A stretch of DNA of 64,000 bases from Chrysemys picta bellii. Lineage: Eukaryota. How positions within the stretch are numbered: position 1 is the first letter of the stretch; each line of letters starts with the position of its first letter. Positions 45,790-59,613 of the stretch are shown piece by piece. The DNA lies in assembly GCF_011386835.1 (NCBI RefSeq), contig NC_088807.1, forward strand, positions 25,482,001 to 25,546,000, read 5' to 3'. The notes beneath the pieces were generated by a model. The model saw only the letters and a list, made by a program, of their open reading frames with translations, ran no database searches and had not been told where the DNA came from. Both the position numbers and the translations under genes were made by a program.

Positions 45790-47919
45790 ATGGACTCCTC
45801 TGGCGGCACCCCGGGGTGCATGGGGCAATGCACCAGCTTCCTCCGCTCCCACAAGGGCACCGTCCTGGCGCTGGAGATTGTGAGTTACCCGGGGGGGGGG
45901 GGCACGGCCCGGGGGGGGGGCGCGGAGCAGAGACGGGGGGTCCCGGGGCGCGCGGAGGAAGGAGGCGCCCATGGGTGTCAGCCACACGTGTCAGCTCTTA
46001 CAGGCGCCCCGTAGAGGCAGGAACAGGGTCCGGACCCGGTCTGTCCACACGCACTCACCGGCCCCCACTCCCCGCCTGGCTCCCAGCCCCCCCTGCTCGC
46101 ACTCACCGGCCCCCACTCCCCGCCTGGCTCCCAGCCCCCCCTGCTCGCACTCCCCGGCCCCCACTCCCCGCCTGGCTCCCAGCCCCCCCTGCCCGCACTC
46201 ACCGGCCCCCACTCCCCGCCTGGCTCCCAGCCCCCCCTGCCCGCACTCACCGGCCCCCACTCCCCGCCTGGCTCCCAGCCCCCCCCTGCTCGCACTCACC
46301 GGCCCCCACTCCCCGCCTGGCTCCCAGCCCCCCCTGCTCGCACTCACCGGCCCCACTCCCCGCCCCGAGCCAGGAGAGAACCCAGGAGTCCGGGCTCCCA
46401 GCCCCCCCCCCCCCCCGCTCTAAACACCAGCCCCCACTCCCCTCCCAGAATCGGGGAGAGAACCCAGGAGTCCTGGCTCCCAGCCCCCCTGCTCTAACCA
46501 CCAGCCCCCACTCCCCTCCCAGAGCTGGGGAGAGAACCCAGGAGTCCTGGCTCCCAGCCCCCCTGCTCTAACCACCAGCCCCCACTCCCCTCCCAGAGCT
46601 GGGGAGAGAACCCAGGAGTCCTGGCTCCCAGCCCCCCCGCTCTAACCACCAGCCCCCACTCCCCTCCCAGAGCTGGGGAGAGAACCCAGGAGTCCTGGCT
46701 CCCAGCCCCCCCCCCCAGCTCTACAACACCAGCCCCCACTCCCCTCCCAGAGCTGGGGAGAGAACCCAGCCCCCCCCCGCTCTAAACACCAGCCCCCACT
46801 CCCCGCCCCGAGCCAGGAGAGAACCCAGGAGTCCGGGCTCCCAGCCCCCCCCCCCCCGCTCTAAACACCAGCCCCCACTCCCCTCCCAGAATCGGGGAGA
46901 GAACCCAGGAGTCCTGGCTCCCAGCCCCCCTGCTCTAACCACCAGCCCCCACTCCCCTCCCAGAGCTGGGGAGAGAACCCAGGAGTCCTGGCTCCCAGCC
47001 CCCCTGCTCTAACCACCCAGCCCCCACTCCCCTCCCAGAGCTGGGGAGAGAACCCAGGAGTCCTGGCTCCCAGCCCCCCCGCTCTAACCACCAGCCCCCA
47101 CTCCCCTCCCAGAGCTGGGGAGAGAACCCAGGAGTCCTGGCTCCCAGCCCCCCCCCCCAGCTCTAAACACCCAGCCCCCACTCCCCTCCCAGAGCTGGGG
47201 AGAGAACCCAGCCCCCCCCCGCTCTAAACACCAGCCCCCACTCCCCGCCCCGAGCCAGGAGAGAACCCAGGAGTCCTGGCTCCCAGTCCAGAGCGGCGTG
47301 TGATTTCTCGGGTGGGGAGGGCGGGTTACCACCCTGTTGGAGATGAATGAGCTGCAGCCCACGAAGGGTTAACACCTGCGGGCAGAGCTGGGCTGTGGCT
47401 CCCGCCAACTGAGTGGAGGGAACTGTGATTCAAACAGGGTTGACACCCAAAGGGAGGGGGGGCTGGGAGCCAGGACTCCTGGGTTCTCTCCCCGGCTCTG
47501 GGAGGGGAGTAGGGTCTAGTGGTTAGAGGGGGGGTGCGCTGGGTGCCAGGCCTCCTGCTGCCCATCCTAGTTCCTTCCCCTCCTCCGTTATTTCGACACT
47601 CCCAGAGGCTCCCTGCAGTCTGTGTCCTGTTCGGCCTCCGGGGCCATGTTCCTGGGTGTGGCTGTCCCGGACACGGCTGTGTGTGTTGGAGCTAGAGAGA
47701 GAACATCTGTATTTGTCTGTATGTGTGAGGGTTACTGCGTATGTCACCTGTGCAGGGTGTGCATGTGTATCTGTGCGACAGGGCGTGGACGCCATGTGGC
47801 TGGAAGGGCGCGGGGTGTGAGTGTGTATCTAGCCGTGTGTTGGTGTGTGCACATTATGGGTGGGGCCTATCTCAGGCGGCTGTGAGTGTGCGTGGGTGAG
47901 GTTTACAGCATGTGCCACC

Positions 47920-47963
<44 letters not shown>

Positions 47964-48132
47964 TGGGTTACCATGTGTGCCGCCTGTGCAGGGTGTGTGT
48001 GGATCTGTGCGACAGGGTGTGGCTGCCATGTGCCTGGAAGGGCGGTGTGTCTGTGTGTGTGTGTGGGGGGGGTTACCGCATGTGCTGCCTGCGTGTGTGT
48101 CTGTGTGTGTAAGGGTTACCGCATGTGCCACC

Positions 48133-48165
<33 letters not shown>

Positions 48166-51100
48166 CTGTGCGCCAGGGCGTGGATGCCATGTGGCTGGAA
48201 GGGCGCGGTGTGTTTGTGTGTATCTAGCCGTGTGTTGGTGTGTGCAGATTAGGGGTGGGGCTGTGGGATGTGTGTGTGTTTGCATTGTGGAAGGGGAGGT
48301 GTGGGCAGTGCCCCATGTCTGCAGGGGGGGGGTGTTTTAGGGTCTCTGTGATCCTGGGCCTAGGACAGCTCCCTCTCCAGGCCCCAGGGGCTGGAGTCTA
48401 TTTGCGGGGTGTGTGTGGGGGGAGACTATAATCCTGACTCCACCCCACCGTCTGCCCCTCAGATCTGGTTGTTCCCTGCCCCCCACCCCCTGCACCTCAC
48501 CCAGAATCAATGATTAACCACCCTGCCGCCCTGCCCAGCTCTTGCAAAGGGAGAAATGAGCCAAAGAGAGAACCCAGGAGTCCTGGCTCCCAGCCTGCTC
48601 CCTCCCCCCCACGCTGCAATCCACTATACCCCACTCCCCTCCCAGAGCCGGGGAGAGAACCCAGGAGTCCTGGCTCCTAGCCCGCCCTGGTCTAATCCAC
48701 CAGACCCCACTCCCCTCCCAGAGCCGGGGAGAGAACCCAGGAGTCCGGGCTCCCAGCCCTCCCTGCTCTAACCACTAGACCCCACTCCCCTCCCAGAGCC
48801 AGGGAGAGAACCCAGGCATCCTGGCTCCCAGCCCCCCTGCTCTAACCACTAGACCCCACTCCCCTCCCAGAGCCAGGGAGAGAACCCAGGAGTCCTGGCT
48901 GCCAGCCCCCCGTGCACTAATCACTAGGCCCCACTGTCCTGATTTTCCTTCTGAAAGGGGCAGGGCTCCTTTAAGGCTCAGGGGCATGTTCTCCCGGGGA
49001 GGAGAAAGGGCGTTTTTGGGGTGGGCGTGGGAGCAGCAGGTCCCGGCAGGACCGAGGTGCGGGTGGGTGGGGAACATACACCCAGTTCTGCGCCCTGTCC
49101 AGACCTGTCTGGTGCCTCGCTTTCCCCACCCCTCCGCTGCTAGGGCGGCTGCCACAGCGGGCTGGCCCGTTAAGTGCTCGTCGGGGGGACCCCATCCCTT
49201 TAGGACCCACCACCACCACGGCCCCTCCGCCTGTTGCAGGTTCCATCCCTGTAACATCCCACATCACCTCTGCCTGTTCAATGCACCGCCCTTGTAACAG
49301 TCCCCCCACTCTGCCTGTAGCAGGCACCACCCCGTAACAGCCCCCCGCTCCGCCTGTAGCGGGCACCGCCCCGTAAACAGCCCCCCGCTCCGCCTGTAGC
49401 GGGCACTGCCCCTTTAACAGTCCCCCCACTCTGCCTGTAGCAGGCACCACCCCGTAACAGCCCCCCAATCCGCCTGTAGCGGGCACTGCCCCTGTAACAA
49501 CCCCCCACTCTGCCTGTTCAATGCACCGCCCCTGTAACAGCCCCCCCGCTCCGCCTGTAGCAGGCACTGCCCCGTAACAGCCCCCCACTCTGCCTGTAGC
49601 AGGCACCGCCCCTGTAACAGCCCCCCACTCTGCCTGTAGCAGGCACCGCCCCTGTAACAACCCCCCACTCTGCCTGTAGCAGGCACCGCCCCTGTAACAG
49701 CCCCCCTCTGCTCCGCCTGTAGGGGGCACCCCTTTCACAGCCCCCCCCACTCCACCTGTAGCAGGCACCGCCTCTTTAAGACCCCCCCCATGTGCCCCTG
49801 CCTGTGACAGACTCCACCCCCCCTCTGAATATTTGGCAGGGGGGGAGCTGGTTGAATTTAGTGGTTGTCATGGCGACCGGCCCCACCCCCCACCCTCCAC
49901 ACACTCGCCCCTTTGTGTGCCCAGCGTGGGCTGGTATTTTTAGCCTCCAGATGTGACTCGAGCTGGAACATTCCCCAGGCGCCCCGAATGCCCCGCCCAG
50001 CCCACGCGGGACCCAGGAGTCCGGGCTCCCACTCCCTCCCACCCCCCAACCACTAGGCCCACTCCCCTCCCAGAGCCAGGGAGAGAACCCAGGAGTCCTG
50101 GCTCCCAGCCCCCCTGCTCTAACCACTAGCCCCCACTCCCAGGAATGTACAGGAAAGCGGCGGGTGAGTCAGACCCTTGGCAGAGAAGCAGACGCCCGTC
50201 TTGCAGCTAATGGAATATTACAGCGTGACTCAGACTCTCCAACCACCCCCTTGCCCTTCCTGGGGGGCGCTGTGCTGCAGGGAGCCGGGGCGCTGGGCAG
50301 GGGGTGCTCTCCCCTGGCAGTCAGAGCCGGGCACTGGGGTGGGGGCTGGGCAGGGGGCGCTCTCCCCTGGCAGTCAGGGCCGGGCACTGGGGTGGGGGGC
50401 TGGGGGGCTGGGCAGGGGGCGCTCTCCCCTGGCAGTCAGGGCCGGGGCACTGGGGGGGGCTGGGCAGGGGGTGCTCTCCCCTGGCAGTCAGGGCTGGGCA
50501 CTGGGGGGGGCTGGGCAGGGGGTGCTCTCCCCTGGCAGTCAGGGCCGGGCACTGGGGTGGGGGGCTGGGGGGCTGGGCAGGGGGCGCTCTCCCCTGGCAG
50601 TCAGGGCCGGGCACTGGGGGGGGCTGGGCAGGGGGCGCTCTCCCCTGGCAGTCAGGGCCGGGCACTGGGGGGGGCTGGGCAGGGGGCGCTCTCCCCTGGC
50701 AGGTCAGAGCCGGGCACTGGGGTGGGGGGCTGGGCAGGGGGCGCTCTCCCTGGCAGTCAGGGCCGGGCACTGGGGTGGGGGGCTGGGGGGCTGGGCAGGG
50801 GGCGCTCTCCCCTGGCAGTCAGGGCCGGGCACTGGGGGGGGCTGGGCAGGGGGTGCTCTCCCCTGGCAGTCAGGGCCGGGCACTGGGGGGGGCTGGGCAG
50901 GGGGCGCTCTCCCCTGGCAGTCAGGGCTGGGCACTGGGGGGGGCTGGGCAGGGGTGCTCTCCCCTGGCAGTCAGGGCCGGGCACTGGGGTGGGGGGCTGG
51001 GGGCTGGGCAGGGGGCGCTCTCCCCTGGCAGTCAGGGCCGGGCACTGGGGGGGGCTGGGCAGGGGGCGCTCTCCCCTGGCAGTCAGGGCCGGGCACTGGG

Positions 51101-54100
51101 GGGGGCTGGGCAGGGGGCGCTCTCCCCTGGCAGTCAGGGCTGGGCACTGGGGGGGCTGGGCAGGGGCGCTCTCCCCTGGCAGTCAGGGCTGGGCACTGGG
51201 GGGGGCTGGGCAGGGGGCGCTGGGCAGGGGGCGCTCTCCCCTGGTAGTCAGGGCTGGGCACTGGGCTGGAGGGCTGGGCAGGGGGCGCTCTCCCCTGGCA
51301 GTCAGGGCCGGGCACTGGGGGGGGCTGGGGGGCGCTGGGCAGGGGGCGCTCTCCCCTGGCAGTCAGGGCCGGGCACTGGGCTGGGGGGCTGGGCAGGGGG
51401 CGCTCTCCCCTGGCAGTCAGGGCCGGGCACTGGGGGGGGCTGGGCAGGGGGCGCTCTCCCCTGGCAGTCAGGGCCGGGCACTGGGGGGGCTGGGCAGGGG
51501 GCGCTCTCCCCTGGCAGTCAGGGCCGGGCACTGGGGGGGGCTGGGCAGGGGGCGCTCTCCCCTGGCAGTCAGGGCCGGGCACTGGGGGGGGCTGGGGGGC
51601 GCTGGGCAGGGGGCGCTCTCCCCTGGCAGTCAGGGCCGGGCACTGGGGGGGGGCTGGGCAGGGGGCGCTCCCCTGGCAGTCAGGGCTGGGCACTGGGGGG
51701 GGCTGGGCAGGGGGCGCTCTCCCCTGGCAGTCAGGGCCGGGCACTGGGGGGGGCTGGGCAGGGGGGCGCTCTCCCCTGGCAGTCAGGGCCGGGCACTGGG
51801 GGGCGCTGTACTTATTTAAACATCTAAACATGAGACTCACCTGCTCTGCTCCTTACGCGCTTTATCCCTTCCGCCTTATGTTCAGGATGGGAACCCCGGT
51901 GTCCGGGCCATATCCCAGTTTAGGGACACTCCCATTCTGTTTCCTTTCATCCCACTGCAGCAGCCACCGGAAACAAGATTTTCTTTCACTTCCTGTCCCA
52001 AAGGTGTACGTCTGGTCCCCAGCTGCCCTGCCCCAGAGGTGGCTGCATCTTAGCACTGGCTGAACAATTTTCCTAACTATTGTCCATTTCCACCCCACAC
52101 AGGGCCTCTGTATTGTTATCCTGATCTGCTACGGTGCTTCTCGGACCCCTGGTTATACCGGTGTGGCCATCTTCGAGATGGTGTTTTCAATCGTCTTCTT
52201 CGTCATCTACACGCTAGGATTAAACAAGCAGTTGGCGTTTGTGCATTGGGGCTGGAGTGTAAGGAGTTTGATTCTATTCACACCATTGGGGGGGACCTAT
52301 AACATACCACTGCCAGGTGTCTGGAATCTTCTGTACAATTCGCTGTTCTGAATAACCCTTAAAAAGGGGGGGGGAATCCCCTAACAAACTTGTTTTAAAT
52401 TATTAACATGCAAGACAATAACAGCACAAAAACCTATGTTAAAATGCAAAGAAATTCCCATGCAAAAAACTCTGTTAAAACCCATGGAAATAGATGTGCA
52501 AAAAACGTTGTTAAAATGCACAGACATCGCTATGCAAAAGAACTTTGTGAATTAGCAAGAAAACAGTTAAAATGCAATCCAATTCTTAAAGGTTGATGTG
52601 TGACCACACAAAAATATTGCTGCACATACAAATGGTTGATTTAGAATAAATAAATGAAGAAATTGCCACAGGGGAAAAATATTAATCTAAACCCAAACAT
52701 ACCCAGAAATGCCAATGAAAAAAAAAAAAGGCCATTAAAGGGGTTAATATACTGAGAAAATTCCCCCACGAAACCCTGATTAACTTCTTAATATACAAGG
52801 ATTTTCCATGGCAAATTTGTTAAAATGCAAAGAAATTCTGATTTAAAAAAGGAGCCAAGTTATTCATCTGCCAGGAAATTTCTGTGCAAACGAGTTAATT
52901 AATGTATCGTACGCATAGAAATTCCCATGGAAACAACTCCATCAAAATGCAAGGAAATTTCTATGCCAAAAAACTTCGTTAATGTCGGTCGAGTGCATCG
53001 TACCAAAGACAGGTCGGTGCATCTCTCTGCTTCTTACCTTCGTTTCTTTCTTCCTCAGGATTTCATCCGTGCTCTGATTGGTGCTCTGCTCTTCCTCATC
53101 ACCTCCCTCATCGTCGTCATTGGCCACAGGGACGGCGCTGGCATCGCAGCTGGGGTAAAACAACTAGCTTCCCTGGCAGCCAGGACCGGATGCTGGAGGG
53201 CACCGTGAGGGCGGGGAGCGGGGCCGGGGGCTCGGCAGGGGGCGCTCTCCCCTGCAAGTCAGGGACGGGCGCTGGGAGGCACCGTGGGGGCGGGGAGCGG
53301 GGCCGGGGGCTCGGCAGGGGGCGCTCTCCCCTGCAAGTCAGGGACGGGCGCTGGGAGGCACCGTGGGGGCGGGGAGTGGGGCCGGGGGCTCGGCAGGGGG
53401 CGCTCTCCCCTGCAAGTCAGGGCTGGACACTGGGGGGCACCGTGGGGGCGGGGAGCGGGGCCGGGGGCTCGGCAGGGGGCGCTCTCCCCTGCAAGTCAGG
53501 GACGGGCGCTGGGAGGCACCGTGAGGGCGGGGAGCAGGGCCGGGGGCTCGGCAGGGGGCGCTCTCCCCTGCAAAGTCAGGGACGGGCGCTGGGAGGCACC
53601 GTGAGGGCGGGGAGCAGGGCCGGGGGCTCGGCAGGGGGCGCTCTCCCCTGCAAGTCAGGGACGGGCGCTGGGAGGCACCGTGAGGGCGGGGAGCGGGGCC
53701 GGGGGCTCGGCAGGGGGCGCTCTCCCCTGCAAGTCAGGGACGGGCGCTGGGAGGCACCGTGGGGGCGGGGAGCGGGGCCGGGGGCTCGGCAGGGGGCGCT
53801 CTCCCCTGCAAGTCAGGGACGGGCGCTGGGAGGCACCGTGGGGGCGGGGAGCGGGGCCGGGGGCTCGGCAGGGCGCGCTCTCCCCTGCAAGTCAGGACCG
53901 GATGCTGGAGGGCACCGTGGGGGCGGGGAGCGGGGCCGGGGGCTCGGCAGGGGGCGCTCTCCCCTGCAAGTCAGGGACGGGCGCTGGGAGGCACCGTGGG
54001 GGCGGGGAGCGGGGCCGGGGGCTCGGCAGGGGGCGCTCTCCCCTGCAAGTCAGGACCGGATGCTGGAGGGCACCGTGGGGGCGGGGAGCGGGGCCGGGGG

Positions 54101-55384
54101 CTCGGCAGGGGGCGCTCTCCCCTGCAAGTCAGGGACGGGCGCTGGGAGGCACCGTGGGGGCGGGGAGCGGGGCCGGGGGCTCGGCAGGGGGCGCTCTCCC
54201 CTGCAAGTCAGGGACGGGCGCTGGGAGGCACCGTGGGGGCGGGGAGCGGGGCCGGGGGCTCGGCAGGGGGCGCTCTCCCCTGCAAGTCAGGGACGGGCGC
54301 TGGGAGGCACCGTGGGGGCGGGGAGCGGGGCCGGGGGGCTCGGCAGGGGGCGCTCTCCCCTGCAAGTCAGGGCCGGACACTGGGGGGCGTCGTGGGCCTC
54401 AACGGGGGACACTGTCCAGCGGTCAATGCTGGCCGTGGCAATGGGGGCACTGTGCTGCATTCATTCCTTGCAATCAGCCGCCAGGCCTGACCCCAGAGGT
54501 GGCTGCATCATAATGTTGGGGTGGGGGAAGAAATGAGGCAAACTGCCCAAAATTGGGGAGGGGGATCTTCTGCTCCTCTTGATCCGGGGCCTTGAATCCC
54601 CACTGCGAATCCTCTGCTCGTTACCAGCAATCAACCGATACAGCAATTAACTCCCGCTTGGTCCCGTCCCCCGCAGGTCTTTGGGCTCCTGGCTGGCATC
54701 CTGTTTGCATATGATGCCTATATTACATTCCCCACCCTCCGGAAAACCCACACAGCTGCCCCCACTGGTAAGTGCCCCCACCCCCCTGGGGCTAGACAGA
54801 GGGGGCGACCCTGCCCCACCACGGGGCCAGGGGGGGTGGGCTAGATGGGAGAGGCGACCCTGCTCCACCATGGGGCCAGGGGGGGTGGGCTAGATGGGAG
54901 AGGGCGACCCTGCTCCACCACGGGGCCAGGGGAGGTAGACTAGATGGGAGAGGGCGACCCTGCCCCACCACGGGGCCAGGGGGGTGGGCTAGATGGGAGA
55001 GGGCGACCCTGCTCCACCACGGGGCCAGGGGGGTGGGCTAGATGGGAGAGGGCGACCCTGCTCCACCACGGGGCCAGGGGAGGTAGGCTAGATGGAGAGG
55101 GTGACCCTGCTCCACCACGGGGCCAGGGGAGGTAGGCTAGATGGGAGAGGGCGACCCTGCTCCACCACGGGGCCAGGGGGGTGGGCTAGACGGGAGGGGG
55201 CGACCCTGCCCCACCACGGGGCCGGGGGGGGGTGTGTTTAGACGGGAGGGGGAGACCCTGCCCCACCATGGGTCTGGTGGGGGGCGGGCTAGACGAGAGA
55301 AGATAGGGGGTGATCCCTGACTCTCTAACACCCCCTTGTGGTCTCTCTCTCTCTCTCCTTACAGAATCCCCGGAGGGTGTCTGA
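45790..55384 (+). CDS. PLP2: Proteolipid protein 2, copy 2, intact
   Basis: Exons 45790-45879, 52103-52258, 53059-53154, 54677-54767, 55365-55384; same lengths and phases as copy 1. Confidence 0.93.
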
Positions 55385-56309
55385 GGAGTCTCAGGACCCC
55401 GGCCCCCGCTTTGCTGCCTTCGCCCCCCCCCCCCACCTCGCTGGTTCTAAGGATTCTTGTACATACTGCTGGGGGGCGGCAAAGAAGAGATCCCCCCCCG
55501 CAACTAATCTCCCTCCAGCTCCCCATCCCCAGTTCCTGCCCTGACCTCAGGGCCCCACCCCTGTTTAGAAGCCTTGACAATGGGGATAGCATGGGGGGAG
55601 CCACCCGCCCACCCCAGCAATGCCACCCCCACCTTCCTAGGTTGGTTGGAGCGAGGATGAGGGCAGTGGGGTCTAGTGGTTAGAACAGGTGTGGGTGAGG
55701 GGGGGAGGGTTGGGAGCCAGGACTCCTGGGTTCTATCCCCAGCTCAGGGCGGGGAGCGGGGTCTAGTGGGCTCTGTCCCCTTATCAAGTGCCTTTACTCT
55801 TTCTGTGCCTCGGTTTCCCCTGGGCTAACAGGGTGTTACATTGCCAGCTGTTTAGGGCTGAATGACCCATGTGTTTACGTAGGGCCTACCAGAACTGGAG
55901 CCCATGGGATGTTTTCAAGGGAAATAAATTTTAATATAAGGGGGAGATTTTTTTTAAATGAACTAAACTTAATGCAAGGAAACCGGCCCCAGGGTGGGGG
56001 ACTGGGTGGGGAATGGCACACGGGGGGATTGGTGTGGTGATGCTCAGGGCACTGACACCCCCCCCGCCAAACCCCTCATGTTCCCCCCACACACTCCCCG
56101 GTCCTGCATGTGGCTTGTGTTAATTTCTGCTTATTTTGGGGGGGAAAGGGTTAATAAAAATACTGATAAATGGTTTTGTTTGGTCCCAGTGATGTTGGGG
56201 GTGTGTGTTTCTGAACTGGGGGGGGGTCAGATGGCCCATCCACCCCAGATGAGAACTATGGACCCAGCGAGCCTGGATCTGCCCTCCCCAGGGTCTGTTA
56301 AAACACAAT

Positions 56310-58037
56310 CTTCAAGTCAGCGGCACTGCGATGGGTCCCTGCATGGCCCCACAGTAGGCCGACATTTTTATGGCTGACTTAGAACAACACTTCCTCAGCT
56401 CTCGTCTCCTAGCGCCGCTCCTCTACTTGTGCTACATTGGGGACATCTTCATCATCTGGACCCACGGCAAGGAGGCCCTTGAAGAATTCCACCTGGATTT
56501 CAACAACTTCCACCCCACCAACAACCTCAGCGTGGACCTGTCCACACAAGAGATCCACTTCTTGCACACTACAGTGCAAATAAGCGAAGGTCACATCAAC
56601 ACCACTCTATACCGGAAACCTACTGACCGCTATACGTACCTACATGCCTCCAGCTTCCATCCAGGACACATCACACGATCCATTGTCTACAGCCAAGCCC
56701 AAAGATACAACCGAATTTGTTCCAATCCCTCAGACAGAGACAAACACCTACAGGATCTCTATCAAGGGTTCTTAAAACTACAATACCCACCTGGGGAAGT
56801 GAGAAAAGAGATTGACAGAGCCAGACGGGTACCCAGAAGTCACCTACTACAGGACAGGCCCAACAAGGACAATAACAGAACACCACTGGCCATCACGTAC
56901 AGCCCCCAGCTAAAACCTCTCCAGCGCATCATCAACGATCTACAACCTATCCTGGAAAACGATCCCTCACTCTCACAGACCTTGGGAGACAGGCCAGTCC
57001 TCGCCTACAGACAGCCTCCCAACCTGAAGCAAATACTCACCAGCAACTACACATCACACCACAGAAACACCAACCCAGGAACCAAACCCCTACAACAAAC
57101 CCCGTTGCCTTCTCTGTCCCCATATCTACTCTAGCGACACCGTCAGAGGACCCAACCACATCAGCCACACCATCAGGGACTCATTCACCTGCACATCTAC
57201 CAATGTGATATATTCCATCATGTGCCAGCAATGCCCCTCTGCCATGTACATTGGCCAAACCGGACAGTCTCTACGTAAAAGAATAAATGGACACAGATCG
57301 GACATCAGGAATGGTAACATACAAAAGCCAGTAGAAGAACACTTCAATCTCCCTGGACATTCAATAACAGATTTAAAAGTAGCCATCCTGCAACAAAAAA
57401 ACTTCAGAAACAGACTTCAAAGAGAAACTGAAGAACTAAAATTCATTTGCAAATGTAACACCATTAATTTGGGCTTGAATGGGGACTGGGAGTGGCTGGC
57501 TCATTACAGAAGCAACTTTCCCTCTCCTGGAATTGACACCTCCTCATCAATTGTTGGGAGTGGACCACATCCACCCTGATCGAATTGGCCCTGTCAACAC
57601 TGGTTCTCCACTGGTGAGGTAACTCCCTTCTCTTCACGTGTCAGTATAATAACGCCTGCATCTGTAATTCTCACTTCTTGCATCTGAAGAAGTCGGGTTT
57701 TTTACCCACAAAAGCTTATGCCCAAATAAATCCGTTAGTCTTTAAGGTGCCACCCAGGGCCGGCTCCAGGCACCAGCTTGGCAAGCAGGTGCTTGGGGCG
57801 GCCGCTCCGGAGAGGGGCGGCACGTCCAGCTGTTCGGCAGCAATTCCGCGGACGGTCCCTCACTCCCGCTCGGAGCGAAGGACCTCCCACCGAAGTGCCG
57901 CTGCAGATCGCGATCGCGGCTTTTATTTTTTTTTTTTTGAGCTGCTTGGGGCAGCCAAAACCCTGGAGCCGGCCCTGGTGCCACCGGACTCCTTGTTGTT
58001 TTTGTGGATACAGACTAACACGGCTACCCCGATACTT
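56310..58037 (+). mobile_element. Penelope-like element, copy 2
   Basis: Same element as 19324-21036. Retains 11 bp and 3 bp that copy 1 lacks; hammerhead-like motif at 57680-57721. Confidence 0.9.
57755..57977. mobile_element. hAT-type MITE, copy 2
   Basis: Same 16-bp terminal inverted repeats and GTGCCACC target-site duplication (57747-57754, 57978-57985). Confidence 0.92.
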
Positions 58038-58564
58038 CTTAAAACACAGGTCACATCCGGCCTTATAAATGATCATGTTACAATGACACTGACACTCTCT
58101 ACTGCCAGGAAAAGGAATACCCCCCTCCATTGCTCACCCGGTGCTGAGATGCAGCCACCTCTGGGGAGGGGCACCTGGGGAACAGTGGCATATAACGCCA
58201 CAAGGGACAGCTCAGACTCGGATCCAGGTTTTAAAGGACTCTTTTATTAAAAAGGTTGCTTTTTCTTCTTTAAATTAACCCTTTAATAGAAAAACAAATT
58301 GGAAGGTTAAATTCCAGACACAGCAGGGACCCCAATTCTGTACTGGGGCAGTACAGGGTGTACTCCCATACATAACTGTACCCCCATTCTCTGCAACCCC
58401 CCTCCCCCTTCCCCCCAGCGCAGCCCCAAAGAGGGTCTGGAGGGTGGGAACTGAACCCCCCAATTGTTCCACTATTAAACAATCAAAAAAAACCTGATCT
58501 AAATGGGGGAACACACCAAAAAAAAAAAAAAAAAAAAAAGCCAAAATCCTGCTGACCCCCTCCC

Positions 58565-59611
58565 AGGTCAAAGTTCAAAGGTCACAATAGACAAGTCACA
58601 GGTCAGTGATGATCCCCCATGTGAGAGGGATGAAAGGTCAAAGCACAAAAGTCAACAGGTCAAGGGCCCAAAGTCACAGTGCAAGGGTCCCATCCAAAAG
58701 GCAAAGGTCAGAGTGGGAAGGCATTTTCAGGGGTTAGAGGTCAAAGTTCCCAGCCAAAAGTCAAGGGGCACAGTGGAAAGGTCAAAGGCCACAAGGGAAA
58801 GCTCACCACCAGCAGGTCAAAGGTCGCCACCAAATCTAACCAGCCACAGTAGAAAGGTGCCAGAGTTCAAAGGTCACCGATGCAAAGATCCTGAGTAGGG
58901 TTCAAAGGTCACAATGGGCAGGTCAGTGTTCATAGGTCCCTGAGGAGAGGTCAAAAATCACAAGGGCGAGGTCCAACCATCCACAGCCCCGGGGCAAAGA
59001 CAAGGGGCAAGGTCGCTGTTGAGAGGTCATTGCCCCAGGATCCTTGGCCAGAGGTTAAAGTTGAAAGGTCACAGCGCAAAGTCCCAGGTCGACAAGGTCA
59101 AAGGTCACAACGGAAAGGTCAAAGTCCAAAGGTCCCCAGTGAAACATGATGAGTTAAGGTCATAGTGGAAAGATCAACCGCCGAGCATTCACAGCAAAGG
59201 TCAGAGGTCACCACAGAGGCCAATGGCTAAGGATTCCAGACAAAAGGTCACAAAGGTCATAGATCTGGAAAGGTCACAGATCAAAGGTCAGAGATTCCAA
59301 TGCAGAAGCCAATCGCTGAGAGTCCCAGGTGAAAGGTCAGGGGTGACACCAGAAAAGGTCGATGTTCAAAGGTCCTCCATGGAAGGTGACCACTAAAGGT
59401 CAGAACTCACAGCGGAGAGGTCAAAGTCTAAAGGTCACAAGCCACACTGGAGAGGTCAAAGCTCAAAAGGGTGACCAAAGGCTGCAAGCCGAGGTCAAAG
59501 GTTGCTGACGGGGGTCAGAGTTAAAAGGTCACGAGTGCAGGTCAGAGGCCGCCGTGGACAGGTCACACTGGAGAGGTCGTTGCCAGCAGGAGGGTCAAAG
59601 TTCAAAGGTCA
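58565..59611 (+). repeat. AGGTCA array in PRICKLE3 3' UTR, copy 2
   Basis: Colinear with 21578-22629. Confidence 0.88.
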
Positions 59612-59613
59612 AC

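Noticed and set aside
50164-54536. 250-550 aa repetitive ORFs in PLP2 introns
   Set aside because: VNTR translations; their length follows repeat number.
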